From the human T2T-CHM13v2.0 reference genome, Homo sapiens: DNA of 64,000 nt. The position numbers and the translations under genes are program-made. The stretch lies in assembly GCF_009914755.1 (NCBI RefSeq), contig NC_060926.1; one strand, given 5' to 3'. The notes beneath the pieces were generated by a model. It saw only the letters and a list, made by a program, of their open reading frames with translations, made no database searches and had not been told where the DNA came from. Positions 42,340 to 55,019 of the stretch are shown here, in pieces; the stretch's first letter is position 1; each line of letters begins with the position of its first letter.

Positions 42340-43816
42340 AATAATTCCTCCCCTCAAGGGATACTTGGTCCCTTGGGGAAAAGGAAGACTCACACACATA
42401 AAAAGTTGATGCTTTCCACCCTGGAGATTTAAAGTGTTGCATCTGATACTTTTCTCGAATCCCAAAAATGTGCATGTAATTATATAGCGTATAATTCATT
42501 GTATCACATGAAACACAACTTCAGTGAACATTTGAGCGGCGCCTTCAGATGATAATCAATGCATGCAAGATTAAAGTGATTCATAAAGCAATTTTCTCTC
42601 AAAGAACTAGCCTTTTTTTAAAAAAACTCTCCTTACTTTCATCTCTTTCCACACACCAGCACCAGCAATTGGGGTTTTCCTTTTTTGCAGAGAAACAAAA
42701 TCTATGCTATTGTGTGGGAGTAGCTATGTACCCCGCCAGGAGTCTGGGTGGGGAGGACCTCTCAGCCCAGGGAGGCACAGGCTCAGGCACCGGGCAGAGT
42801 CCCTGGCTAGCCTGGCGCCATGCTCAGGTGCAGGAGCCCCAGGGCGGGGACACTGGCATAAGCGCTAGTGGCCACAAAGAACAGAGCCCCAGGGTCGCTC
42901 ACCAACAATAAATGCGATGCTGCATCTGGGCCCTCCCACCCAGGCTTGTCGTGGGCAGCGCTGACTCAGGTGCCCGATGAAGAAAAGAGCTCCTGAGGGG
43001 TGGGTGGGCTTACAAAACCCTCTCGACCTGGGTAGGCCCAATGGCCCCATAGCAGGCAGGTATGGCTGGGTGAGAATTGGCTGGCACTCTCCTTGGGCCT
43101 GGTTTCCGGGTTCCTACCAGCTGCGGCAGCTCCCGCTAGCCCCACCTTGCCGGGCAGCTCTCTGGGCACCAGGCTTCCTGTGGAACGTGGCCTTGCCTGA
43201 CCCCTCCCGCATGGCCTGGGGCATCGCCATCCCTGCCCCGGTGGGGTTCCTGGGAGGGCCTCGCACTGCAAAGGCTTGAAAGCCAGGGAGCGTGGCGCCT
43301 TCGCGGGATAAACTAGCACAGGGAGAGTGACAGAGCAGGACGGAGAGAGCCTGGTCGGCCCCAGCGCTGACTCCAGTCCTGCCCTCCCCATGGCTTCAGT
43401 GAATGCTGACAGGTGACCGCCATGTGGATCACGTATTTTGAGAAGAAAACTGCATTTTTCCCACATATTGAGCAACTCCCAGTCCTGAGGACCTGGTTGG
43501 AGGAGCCTCAGATTCCAGCGCAGTTCCAAGAAGGGAAGTCCCCCAGCCAGAGTCTGCTGTTGGAGGAGGAACGGTCCTGGTGTGATTTTTATGCCTGTGT
43601 TAGGCTTTCTAAATAAAAACATTTCCTAATCAGAGAGGCGGGACAAAGAGATTTAATATGGAGTCAAGCAACCATCTTTTTTGCTAACAATGTAGAATTC
43701 AACTTTTGTAGATGAAAGTTTAACATCAATGCACATTAATTGCCAAAGACACCAAGGAGTATTCAACCCAGCTATCAAGTTGCTTTCACTTTATAGTGTT
43801 GTACAAACAGAGCCCT

Positions 43817-44161
43817 TATTTCAGGCTGTTCTAACAAAATGCCATAAATTGGGTGGCCCATAAACCACAGACATCCGTGCATCCCAGTTCTTGGGGCTGG
43901 AAATCCAAGATCAAGACACCAGCACCTGGGGTGTGGTGAGGGCCCGCGCTCTGGTTTATAGATGGCGCCTCCTCGCTGTGTCCTCACGTGGTGGAAGGGA
44001 TGAACAAGCTCCCATTTCATAAGGACACTCATCCCATTCATGAGGGTTCTGCCCTCATGACCTAATCCCCTTCCCAAAGACCCCACCTCCTATACCATCG
44101 CCTTGGGAGTTAGAATTTCAACACAAGAATTTGGGGGAACACAAACATTCTGACCATAGCA
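43817..44161 (-). mobile_element. MLT1A/MLT1A0 LTR
   Basis: CATAAATTGGGTGGC..GCTGGAAATCCAAGATCAAG..GCCCTCATGACCTAATC..GAACACAAACATTCTGACCATAGCA. Confidence 0.88.
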
Positions 44162-46834
44162 GCCCTCTTCGCTCTAGAGCAAAATATAAAGACAAATATT
44201 TGGAACAGATTAATTAGGAAAAACCAAAACCGTTGTCATCAGAAACAGCCCGAGAAGGCTTACTATGAAGACAGCATTACATTATGGTTTTGATGAACAG
44301 TTAATTTCAGTTGATGAACAAGTAACAAAAAAATTCAAATACAAGTGCTAGTAACTATAACAAAATTCAAAGACCTTTTCCTAACACTTCAGTGTATTCA
44401 TTATTCCAGAGGGGAGACAGCCCATTTCTGGAAATGAAAATAGCCTTTGAAATGAAAATGAAGGAACCAGGTTACCAATCAATGAGAACAAGAAGATGCT
44501 CCCATGCTGGGGACCACTGACGCTCTCGTGTGGCTGGTTTAATTTTCAGCATTTGGTAGAGGCCAGGGTTCCCCTAGACCTTGTCTGCGATGCTCCGAGG
44601 CCTCTCTGGTCCTTCACTGCTCTTGCCTCTCTTGCCTCAGGTGGGTTTTGCGGACCTCTCAGATTTTTCCCAGAAACGCTGCTTCCCAGGCTCTGCTAGC
44701 AGCGGCATGTGTACACCATCTTTCTCACCAAGAAACAAGTGTTTTTTAAAGAGGGAGAAACAGCAGCGGCCTGGGTAATTCGAGGATGATGTGCAAGGAA
44801 CCTGCTCTTGTAATAAATACCCCAGCTAGGGCTTCCCCAGTGAAAAGCAACCCATCCAACCCATCAGGCTGTTTTCCATGCTCTCCGGCAGCCACTCCTT
44901 CCACAGCGTTTGCTCCACCGCCTGTCCCCACGTTTTCCAATAAAGCAGTTGAGGCTGGAAAAGTCAAGAGATTGGCCTGGAATCCAACAACTCACTAGGA
45001 AGTAATGCCCAAATCTGAGCCACATCTGGAGATTCCAAAGGTTTTTCTGTAATCCACACAGCTTTCTTTTAGTCCAGACTTTGGAACTAGAGGTGCTGGG
45101 ACTTTCATTGTTTGCCCATTCATTCCATGAGTCCTGAGCTGTTCTCAGCCCTGAGGACGCAGCCTGAGACAAAATAGATCAAGATCCTTGCCCTTCGAAA
45201 GTGACAAGAATCAGACCCCAAGCCCTCGACCTCTCCTGCACTCTCACAGGCATGGCAGAGGTGGACGCCTCAGTCCTCCCCTGCACCCCAGCTCCAGAAG
45301 ACGTTCACTCTCCCTGCCCTCCAGGGGCCCACCCCTCCCCTGAGGACAGCCAGTTGTCCTGTTACCTGAAACTTCTGAGTCACTGTCCCCAGTGCCATTT
45401 GCCTGGGCAGGGATTGAAGCTGAGTGAGGGGTTCAAGACTGGGCAGGACCCAGAGGACAGCACGCTGGGCTCATGGAGCGACATCACCAAAGGCGGGAGC
45501 ACCCCAAGCTGCTCCTTGCCAGGCCATGTCCCAGTTCCTCGGAGGGCTGGAGACCTAAGGCTGTGACCTTCAGGTGTCCTTCCTCAAGGAGGGTGCTGAG
45601 ACAAGGGGCTTAAGACCCACATCTAATCCAGAAAGTATTTCGAAGACAGGGTGCAAACATGGATCTCTCGGGGCTGGCAGAGGGGCCATTTTAGTAAAGT
45701 ATTTCCAGGCCAACCCAGGAAAGTGCTTGAGAAAATGAGAAGGGGAGCTGAGTCCAGGTGCTCAGGGCCCCCATCACAGCTTCGTCCATCACCAGCAACC
45801 CCCAACTCTCCGACGTGTTAGAATTCAGGTGAAGAGGAAGGGCAGAAGCCCAGCAGCCGGGCCACAGTGACTCCAACCCATCTCTCTACAAAGGCCCAGG
45901 CCCAGGCAGCCCCTCCCTCACATCTGGAAGGTTCTGAGCACAAGCAAACCCACGGTCCTTAATATTTCCTGATCTGAGCAGGTTTTTAACCAAGCTGGAA
46001 GAGACCACTTAGAAAAGAAGGAAAATAAAATTCCCCTTCAGAATGCCAAGATGGAGAGATTTATCTTCATTCTAAAAAAAAAAAAAGTGGAAAAACATAT
46101 GTCTGTGGCCCATTTTGAGTGGAAAGTTTTATTTATTCAACTGTTTATTGTTATTTCTCTGCCCACCACAGCAGGGTGAGGGCAAGTCTGATCTGCGGCC
46201 TCACCCTCTCCAAGTGCCTCCCCCAACCGCGCTCCCTTCCCCTCCCCACTCCCGGGAGGACCGAGTTGGTTCCATCCTCCCTCAGACCCAGCCAGGAAGC
46301 ATGCTGTGCCCTCTCCTTTCTCCAGCACCTGAGCCTGGAGAGAGGCCCTGTGTGCCAGGGGCCTCCGTGGAATCCTTGACAGCTCCCCCAACTGCCCAAT
46401 GCCCACATCAACCTCCTCTAAGTTAGCACTTTTGTCAAAGATAAGAAAAGTATTTTCAGGAAGCCCAAGTGTTTCCTGTTTGGCAGAAGCCAGGCTGAAA
46501 CGCCCCAACTGGGAGCAGGGAATCGGGCTTGACCTGCATGTGTTTACAGAAGTCAGCTCAGAAGGAAGTGCGGTCCAAGGGTCTTCTTGTTCGTTTATTG
46601 AAAAGGCCATTAACGGTTTTTGTCCATCTCTGCTGCTGCTGTTGATGCTGTTTGCATAAATGACACCAGATCCTGCAAACCCTGCCAGTCTGGTGTGTCA
46701 CTCACTAGAGCACTGGCTGCTCTGTAGCTTTCCAGCCAAGGGAACACATCGTCCTGCCTGCTTTCTGCTATGGATCCAACTGGTTCTTCTTGTGCCAAAA
46801 ATGACTGCATGGTGTCATATGCACGGCACTCCAT

Positions 46835-47200
46835 TTGATCGTTTATTCACCAAGCCTGTGTTGAGAAGCTTCCCTGTGTTGGATGCTGCTCTCTGATGCC
46901 CTGGGAGACAGGAGACAGGCTAAGGCTCCTGCCCTCAGGGAGGTTCCACTCTAGAGAGGGATCCAGATACATAAGGGAGACCCTGTTGTGTTAAAGTGAG
47001 AAGAGCTAGGACAAAATCAAGTAGGAGGGGCAGAGGAAGTGTGAGGGGAGGGCTGGCATTTTAGAGGGAGAGGCTGAGGCCAGGGAGGGCTGACTAGAGA
47101 AATGACACAGAAAGTTCTAGAAGGTGAGGTGGGAAAGTGGAACCAGCTTGCAGCCATCACTCTGAGTGTGAGAAGAGGCCTCAGGGCTCATGGGCAGTAA
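46835..47200 (-). mobile_element. L2 3' fragment
   Basis: TTTATTCACCAAGC..CTCCTGCCCTCAGGGAGGTTCCACTCTAG resembles reverse L2. Confidence 0.55.
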
Positions 47201-48059
47201 GGACAAGGTTCAACCCTGGTCCAGGGGGACAGCTCCAATTCCCATGTTGAGGCACCAGCAAGGGAAAGGCAGGCCCAGGGAGGCAGGAGCTCCCCAGCCA
47301 GGCCTACGGTGCATGATGACTGTGTACCACGTGACAATGTGATGTGGTGGTGGCCATCTGAGTTCTGACCTCCAGCGGATAACGTGGTATCTTTCCATGT
47401 CCCCAAGTCCCAACAAATTCAGGCAGTTTTCATACTGCCTGTTTCCTCAATACATTTTTGCTGAAAACATTTTCTTAAAGCAGGCATCATGGTGTTGGGA
47501 AAAAGCATAAACGACCGTTGAACAGACCCCAGGGGGTGTCTGGCTGTAATCACGGGTCAGGGGCTGACTGACTGGCCAGCAAGCCCGTTCCGCATCCTGC
47601 AGAGGGAGGGATAAAGCCCACATCTGAGAGACGAGGAGCCGAGTACCTTTTCAACACCCACACACTCCTCACCCTTTCCTCAGTTCAGCTCGTCCACCCC
47701 AACTACGCACAACAGCAGCACAGCAGTAAGGCCAATGGTGCAAGGCGCCGGGCTGCCCGGCCTGGCACACAAGCTGCATGGGAGGTGGTGATGCCCAGCC
47801 AGGTGGGCACGGACCTCCCCACCCTGGGTCTCAGGCCAAGGCCACAGGGCAGCAAAAGGAGGTGCTGTAAGGGGCCAGCCTGCGCTGCATGCCCACCTTC
47901 GACGAATCCCAGTGACCAGGGAGGAGAGGCACATGTGGCTGGTGGCCACCACCGTGAACAGGGCCGGCAAATGTTTCCTTCACTGCAGAATGTTCTAGAG
48001 GAAGGGGCAGTGCCTGGCATCCCAGCCCTCTAGGGAGGTCACTCCACCGACATTCTGCA

Positions 48060-48477
48060 TGGAGAGTTCTTTCCATGTTCTGGTTACTAGTCCTTTGTCG
48101 GATCTTCCATCTGCAAATGTTTTCTCCTTCTCTGAAGCTGTTCTTTTCATTTTTTTTAAACAGTGTCTTTCCAGAGCAAAAGCTGTTAATTTTGATGAAG
48201 CCCACTTTATCACTTTTTCACTTTATGGGTTGTGCTTCTGATTCCAAGTCCAAGAACTCTTCACCTCCTCCTGGTTCCCAAAGATTCTCTCCTGTGCTTT
48301 TCCTAAGCACTTCACAGCTTTATGCCTGGCATTCGAGTTCATGATCCCTGTTGAGTTAATGTTGTATAAGATTGCCTGTTTATTCTTTTGCCGGCAGATG
48401 GCCATGAGCTCCGTCGCCATTTGTTGACAAGATGACTTTTGCACCTTTGTCAAAAATCAGTTCGGCAAATTTGCGTC
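48060..48477 (-). mobile_element. L1M (MC/MD-like) ORF2 fragment
   Basis: ACTAGTCCTTTGTCGGAT..GCAAATGTTTTCTCC..TAATTTTGATGAAG..TTTGCACCTTTGTCAAAAATCAGTT. Confidence 0.85.
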
Positions 48478-50469
48478 AAAGTTCGTGCACAGCGCACAGA
48501 GCTGTGGCAAATGACACGAGGAACCTGTGGAGTGCTTAGCTCACCCTGCTATGCGGGGATGCACGCAGCCCTACAGCACGCATCGCAAAAGAAAATCTGA
48601 GCTCCCCTGGGCCCCGGATGAACCCTTAGCAAGTCCACGGCTGTTTCTTCTGGCATCATCCAGTCCCGCTGTGGCCGCTGCAGCTCCTTGGAGGCACACA
48701 CAAGCCCTCCATAACAAAAAAAGGAACCGGCCAAACCTCTGCCCAAACTAGCATGTCCTGCTATCACCACCCTCTCACCACGCAGGCCCCCTCTGCTGGT
48801 CCAGTCGGGGAGGCATGTGGGGAGAAAGACGGAGCTGACTTTCCTTCACTCCCGCCGGAGGATAAGGCACCATGCTCCTTCCGGCACCCCTGGGGCTCCT
48901 GACCCCTCTCTCCAGAGCCACATCATATGGCCCTAAAGATGCATCTCTGCATTTTGGGCCCCATCCAGAATCTGTCTCTGGAATGACAGCGTCTCCCTTA
49001 CTTTTGAAATGCAAGACCCTTCCTGCTGCAGCTGAGACCCATTTCCTCTTCAGTCCCCTGCGAAAATGAAAAACAGCTGGGAACCATCACGCCAAACACA
49101 GCCCACTCAAGGCTCTTGGACTGCACCACCCCCACCTCTTCCCCAGAGTTAATGGCAAGTTCACATGGCTGGTTCCATCTCCCCCTGAGCATCCCAGTTC
49201 CTGCTGGCCATGCTCGGGGAGGTTCTCTCCCCTAAGGCCTTTTCAAACTGCTTCCTCTCGGATCACAAAGGAAAACCAGTCCCACGCAGAGAAAGGAGAG
49301 AGGGAGGTGGCCCGTAGGGAGTGGCGCTCAGCCTCACTTAGTGAGCACTTACTATGTATGTGCCAAGCAGGCTGCTCTGTGCTGCAGGGACAGAGGTGCA
49401 TTCAACACCTTGCATCCTTCCTTTCCCCGGGAACTTGGGCCCCAAAGATGGCCAGGCCACAGCTCAATGCCCGTGACAGCGGCGGAGGGAATGTGGGTAA
49501 GGGCTCCTTAGGAAAACTAGGACATTCTGAGGGAGATGCTGGTGCCTGAGACGGCCCCAAGGGGAGTGTGTCCTCTGAGAGGAGACGGAAGGAAGGCACA
49601 TCAGATGGCAGCAGGAGAAGAGAGAGGAAAGGCACGAGCAGGGAGTGAGAGGCAGGACACACCGTCCAGGGCACGGGGACCCCACCCCAGTTTAGCCCTT
49701 TCACATGGGCCCTGCGTGTGGCACTAGGGTCCTTGTACCCCAGCATAACTAGGAAGGGTGAGAGGTCACAGGCTAAACCTCGCCCGTCGCTCTGGAATGT
49801 TGCTAAACTCCAAGTTGAGGGTGGCAGACTAAAGTCATTGAAAACATTATTTGATGGTAAGTAAAATGGTGATAGATTATGTCATAGAAAGCAAATTTCA
49901 CTTGCTTGTTATGGATGAATGTCAAGACAGTGGAGAGATTTCACCCAGCCCACCGAGCCCGACCCCTGGTGTCTGGGCTGCTCATTCACTGTCCTCCCCA
50001 ACTGGAGATACTTGGGGAGGAAAATCTAAGAAAACCAGATTCTACGACAAAGCTGAGAATGCATCCCCAGAGAGAGGCTGCCTGTTAAGTCAACAGCAGG
50101 CACTAGTTCTTCCTCAAAACTGGGAGTGAATCACAGACACCAGCAAGACTGAGTAACCTTGAGGCCCTGCAGGGAAAGTGGAAGGGCCTTGAGGAACCTG
50201 CCCAAGGGTAGGTCAGGGGCCAAGTAGATATGGCCCCTCAGGGATGGGGTGGGAGGGGAGAATCCTGGCCAACAAGTTGAAAGGGCATCCCCACTGTGCC
50301 TGGAGCAAATCTGGTCAATGTGGGACCCCTAGCCACTCCACACCTGATGCAGGCCAGGCAGTAGCTGCCTTAAGATCCCTCAATAGCAGCAAATATAACC
50401 CAGCACCTGTGCAGCAGGCTCCCCATCACTTCCAAATGTCTCTATCCTCAGTTAACAGGGTTCCCGCCA

Positions 50470-50945
50470 TGAATCACAGAAACCCCAGCTCGAATGGATG
50501 AAAGCAAAAAGACTCACCCAGCAGGACAGTTCGAGAATGGTGCCAAATTTGGTGACAGCTGGACCAGGGACCCAGTGAAGGTTGTGCTAGGGTTCTCTCT
50601 CTTTCTCTCTCTCTCTTTCTCACTCTTTCTTTCTCTCTCTCTCTGACTCTCTCTGTCTTTCTCTCTGCCAGTCAGCCCTGCATGGCTCTCCTTGATTTAT
50701 TCTCCAGGGAGGCCTCCCTAGTGTGACACAGTGACCACCAGCAACCCCATACTTACAGCCTCCTACAGCAAGGACAGAGGTCTTCTGTCTCCCAGGACCC
50801 ACATATCCATCCCAAGGGAGAGCCTGGTTGGCCCTGCATGGGTCACGTGCTCCTCTTGAGCTGACCACTGCAGTCGGGAGGAGGGAACACTCCACTGGGC
50901 CAGGCTGGGCCATGTGCCACCTGTGTGGCAGGTGGGAAGTAAGAG
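50470..50945 (-). mobile_element. MLT1K-like LTR containing a (CT)n tract (50594-50667)
   Basis: TTGGCCCTGCATGGGTCACGTGCTC and TGGGCCAGGCTGGGCCATGTGCC motifs of old MLT1 LTRs. Confidence 0.55.
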
Positions 50946-51064
50946 ATCATAATTAGCATTTCCCTGGAGTTAAACAGGCAGCCAAAATTTATCTTCACCC
51001 AGACGTTTACAGAGATCTCTAAAATTAACAAAGCATTTTCATAGACATTACTTCATTTCATTCT

Positions 51065-52190
51065 TGAGACAGAGCAGGGACACCTCTTAGGGGTCTGCCA
51101 GGTGTCTCCAAGCATGGAAATAAAAGAAAATCTTGAGTTCCTTCAAGGGAATTTGCAGGCACCTAGCTGGCCCTCAGAAGTAAATAAGCAACCTGATGAG
51201 CAAGAAGGTAACAACAACTTAAAACAATAACCAAGAAACTTAGAGCCACAAGGTGTATGATTCCTATCAAGACAGCATCTTAACATAGGTCTCTGAGTTA
51301 TTTTTTCAGAAGCCCAAATCCCCACAAAATCGATCTGCTGGCATGCAGCCTCAGATAAGAGGGGAGGTGAGGACTGAACTCTGTCCACAGAGACCTGGAG
51401 AAAGTCATGACCACGGGCCAGATCATAATGTTCCTTTCTGCTGACCCCAAGGTTTTAGGCAAAGCTTCACTTCCTTAACCAGTTGCAAATGAGAGAGTTT
51501 TTGAATGCACCTATAGGAACTGTAAGCCCCCAGGTTTCAAGATATTCATCTTTTTAGGGCAAACCAATGTATAACCTCTGTATTAGTCCATTCTCACACT
51601 ACTAATAAACACATACCTGAGACCGAGTAATTTATTAAGGAGAGAGGTTTAATGGACTCACAGTTCCACATGGCTGGGAGGCCTCACAATCATGGTGGAA
51701 GGCAAGGAGGAGCAAAGCCACGTCTTACATGGGTGGTGGCAGGTAAAGAGAGAGAACTTGTGCAGGGAAACTCCCCTTTATAAAACCATCAGATCTCGTG
51801 AGACTTATTCACTATCATGAGAACAGCACAGGAAAGACCCACCCCCATGATTCAATTACCTCCCACCAGGTCCCTCCCACAACATGTGGGAATTGTGGGA
51901 TCTAGAATTCAAGATGAGATTTGGGTGGGGACACAGCCAAACCATATCAACCTCCATGTATTGATTTACAATTTTGCCTGTAATTTCTGCTTTCCTGAAA
52001 TTTACCCCTGCCTTTAAAAGCCCTTGCTTGTAAGCCATTGAGGACATAGGGTCTTAAGTGTGAGCTGTCTGATTCTCCTTGCTTGGTGTCCTGCAAATAA
52101 ACGCCCTCTGTTCTCCCACTGCAAAACCTCAGTGTGGACATGTGGCCTTACTGCCCTGGGTGAGCAGATCCCAAGTTTGGTTTGGTGACA
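51065..52190 (+). mobile_element. MER39-like (ERV1) solo LTR split by THE1 and inserted in a MIR
   Basis: TGAGACAGAGCAGGGAC..CAAGCATGGAAATAAAAGAAAATCTTGAGTTCCTTCAAGGGAA start, AATAAA near the 3' end, terminus TTTGGTTTGGTGACA, near-TSD TTCT/TTTT. Confidence 0.82.
51579..51949 (-). mobile_element. THE1B/C solo LTR with 5-bp TSD
   Basis: TGTATTAGTCCATTCTCACACT..GATGAGATTTGGGTGGGGACACAGCCAAACCATATCA; ACCTC at 51574-51578 and 51950-51954. Confidence 0.96.
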
Positions 52191-52334
52191 TTTTCACAGC
52201 AGCCCCTTGAGGTAACAGGGCAGGGATTACAGCTGCCAGAGAGGTTGAGTGGCTTGTCCACTGTGGCACAGCGAGGCAGGGGTATGAACCAGTTCTTGCA
52301 GTCCAGAGTGGGTGCTCTCTCCACTTCATGACAC

Positions 52335-52771
52335 TGTCATGAATGGCCTTCCATAGCAGACACTCTTGTGTCCCACCCAGAACCCGGAACTCCTCTCCCT
52401 AGCTTCCCACCGGCTCCCCTGCAGCTCAGTCTGAGAGCTCTCTCTGGACACAGAAGCATGCATGGCCCCCAGGCAGACAGGACAAAAGCACCAGGGTGCT
52501 ACTCAGCCACAGGAGCCTCACTCAGTGACAGGCTGGAGATGGGGACTCCCGCTTCCTCAGCCCTAGGGAGGGACGACTCTGGGCCATGCTCTACCCAGTC
52601 CCCATGAGTTCCACAATGAGACTGAGCCCTAGCAGGCCACAGTGGCCACCTGCCTGTTTGCACACCCTGTCTCACTGGACCACTTTCAGGTCCTCCTGGG
52701 ATCACCTCCCAAATAAATTTGAACGCAAATTCTTGTCTCAGTCTGCTTCTGAGGAGCCCCAAATTAAGATA
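52335..52771 (+). mobile_element. LTR16A-like solo LTR
   Basis: End TCCTGGGATCACCTCCCAAATAAA..CAAATTCTTGTCTCAGTCTGCTTCTGAGGAGCCCCAAATTAAGATA. Confidence 0.78.
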
Positions 52772-53813
52772 TTCTGTCCATACTAACAAACTGCTGCCAA
52801 GAAGGCAGAGATAAGTAAATTCTGTACAATAAGTAAATCATGTCTCAACACCCATCAACCCAGGATGGCACATTCGCAGTGCGTGGCCATGGGGATTTCC
52901 TCACCACCCCTCAGAGACAGACGTGTCTAATTGACCATGGTGCTTTCTGAAGCTGTGTTCACACACAGGGAAGAAAGAGCATCGTGACCAGTCAGTCACC
53001 TCTGTCCCTGTAGAAGAGTTGGGGTGGTGGCAAGTGCACAGCTACTTCTCATCCCTACTCCAGCCCCTGGCTTACTGAGCCCTGAGAGCCATAAAACAAA
53101 TGTCACTCTCATAATGTCACCAGTTCCCAAAATGGCTAATTTTCCTTCTTTCCATTGCCAACCCTGCTAAGAGTCACACGTACAGAAGGATTGGCTGGAA
53201 AATGCCACCAAATCCCTGACTGGTCTAGCCCTCCGACACTGGAAATAGAGACATAGAATCTGGAGAGCAGTTGGGTGGCACCGGGCCCACCTGGGTGAGT
53301 GGAATGCTAAACATAGGCATGACTCACATCTGGCTGGGAGGGCCCCACCACCGCTCCAGCGGGAGCAAGCCCTCCCCCGCCTGCAACACCATCTCAGGCC
53401 TCCATGGAGCAGAACCATGTGGACCATGTGGACAGCTCTGTCTACACTGGCCCTCACTGCACATCACATGGCTCAGGGAGGTCCTTCGGGCTCAGCTCCT
53501 CAGGTTACACTGAGGACATCTGGAGCCATCTGGCCCCAGCACCCGAGCCCACTTGGAGTCCCTGGATAAACACATCCCGTCACTTAGGAAAACAGAATTA
53601 CATTTTCCATCATGATGAAATGAACCTCTAGGGGGTATTTACAAAAATGTATACTCAGCTAGGGGACAATGTGGTTTTTGCCAATTAGCTAGAAGAGGAA
53701 GTCTGGGGATCTTTGCATAGCATAACGAAAAGAAAAAACGTAAGAGAAAGAACAAGAGTGAGGAAAGGAAAGCCCAGTTAGGTCCACTTTCAAAATAAAC
53801 AATTTTTACAGTT

Positions 53814-53930
53814 ACAGACAGACCCTGATTTATACGCAGGCTGAGTTCCAGGACTGTGTTTTCAAGTCAGTCGTTTGGAGTTTGAAACTCATTTTCCCAT
53901 AGAAACTATGTGCATTGGTCATAAAGTTAA
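53814..53930. mobile_element. Possible TcMar-Tigger fragment
   Basis: TA-CAG start and CATTTTCCCATAGAAAC motif. Short and diverged. Confidence 0.4.
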
Positions 53931-54169
53931 CCCATAGATGTCTCTTTCTTCAATAAAGTATCTGAAATGTACTACCATTTTCACCTTTCCAGTTCCCCTC
54001 AACATCATCTATAGCTTTGCTTCCCTAAGAAGTTAAATTCTGATGTCCAGATCAGGACAAGGGAGCCCCTTTCTCCTGTCAGTGAATGGCAGTGAGGAGG
54101 GCCTGGTGATGGTGTAAGGCACTCACAGGAACATGAGGCAGTGGCCATCAGCTTTGGAGACCCACAATA

Positions 54170-54385
54170 TGAGTGTGACTCCCAAGGCCACCTCATGCTC
54201 TGATCAGATGCTCACCATGTCTTGGCCTCAGTCACCTCTCAACTCTGTCACCTCACCTCCAAATAGTCTCCGCCTTATGTTGCTGTTGTGGGGGGGATAA
54301 AGTTGTACAATGTATATAACACACAAGGAATGGTAGTTGGTCCCAAACAAGTGCTCTACAAATGGTGGTTATTATCTTTACTGTT
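54170..54385 (+). mobile_element. MIR
   Basis: GTTGCTGTTGTG..ATAAAG..AATGTATATAAC..AAGTGCTCTACAAATGGTGGTTATTAT matches the MIR 3' end. Confidence 0.6.
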
Positions 54386-54543
54386 GCCTTTCATATGCAG
54401 GAGGGAACTTAGCATGAAATCTGAGCATCTTAGGGTTTGAGGGGAACCATTAAATGTTCTCAACAAAGGACAGAACCACATCTACTTTGCACCCTAATAC
54501 GATTCCCATTCCTGGCCCATGGCAGGCTCTGACAAGGATTTAT

Positions 54544-54966
54544 TGGATGGATTGATGGGTGGGTGGATGGATGGATGGATGAATGGATGGATGGATGGAT
54601 GGATGGATTGATGGGTGGGTGGATGGATGGATGGATGAATGGATGGATGGATGGGTGGATATATGGATGGATGGATGGATGGATGGATATATGAATGGAT
54701 GGATGGATAGATGGACGGATGAGTGGGTGAATGGGTGGATGGGTTGGATGGGTGGATGGATGGGTGGATGAGTGAATGGGTGAATGAGTGGGTGGGTGAA
54801 TGGGTGGATGGGTGGCTGGGTGGCTGGGTGGTTGGATGGGTGGATGAGTGAATGGGTGAATGAGTGGGTGGGTGAATGGGTGGATGGATGGGTGGATGGG
54901 TGAATGGGTAAATGGGTGAATGGGTGAATGAATGGACAAATGAAGGGATAGACAGATGGACAGATG
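54544..54966. repeat. Complex (TGGA/TGGG/TGAA)n tetranucleotide array, about 420 bp
   Basis: Directly visible, preceded by an L2-terminus-like sequence. Confidence 0.96.
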
Positions 54967-55019
54967 AAGATCTAATACTTTTTGCTCACCATCGCCTCTG
55001 GCTTGAGTCTGGGGTTCTG

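Noticed and set aside
42700-43430. CpG-richer patches (also 10560-10760, 47500-48900) as CpG-island promoters
   Set aside because: By eye the CpG density is patchy and below island level, and no first exon or donor is evident. A computed observed/expected ratio is needed.
48391-48404. Weaker CTCF-like matches (CCGGCAGATGGCCA here, CCAGGAGGTGGCCT near 9277)
   Set aside because: Several mismatches at the 3' end of the core make them indistinguishable from background.
52325-52343. TTCATGACA-C-TGTCATGAA palindrome, plus short hairpins at 25037-25055 and 6445-6458
   Set aside because: Stems of 7-9 bp are expected occasionally in 64 kb, and there is no miRNA-length stem or supporting context.
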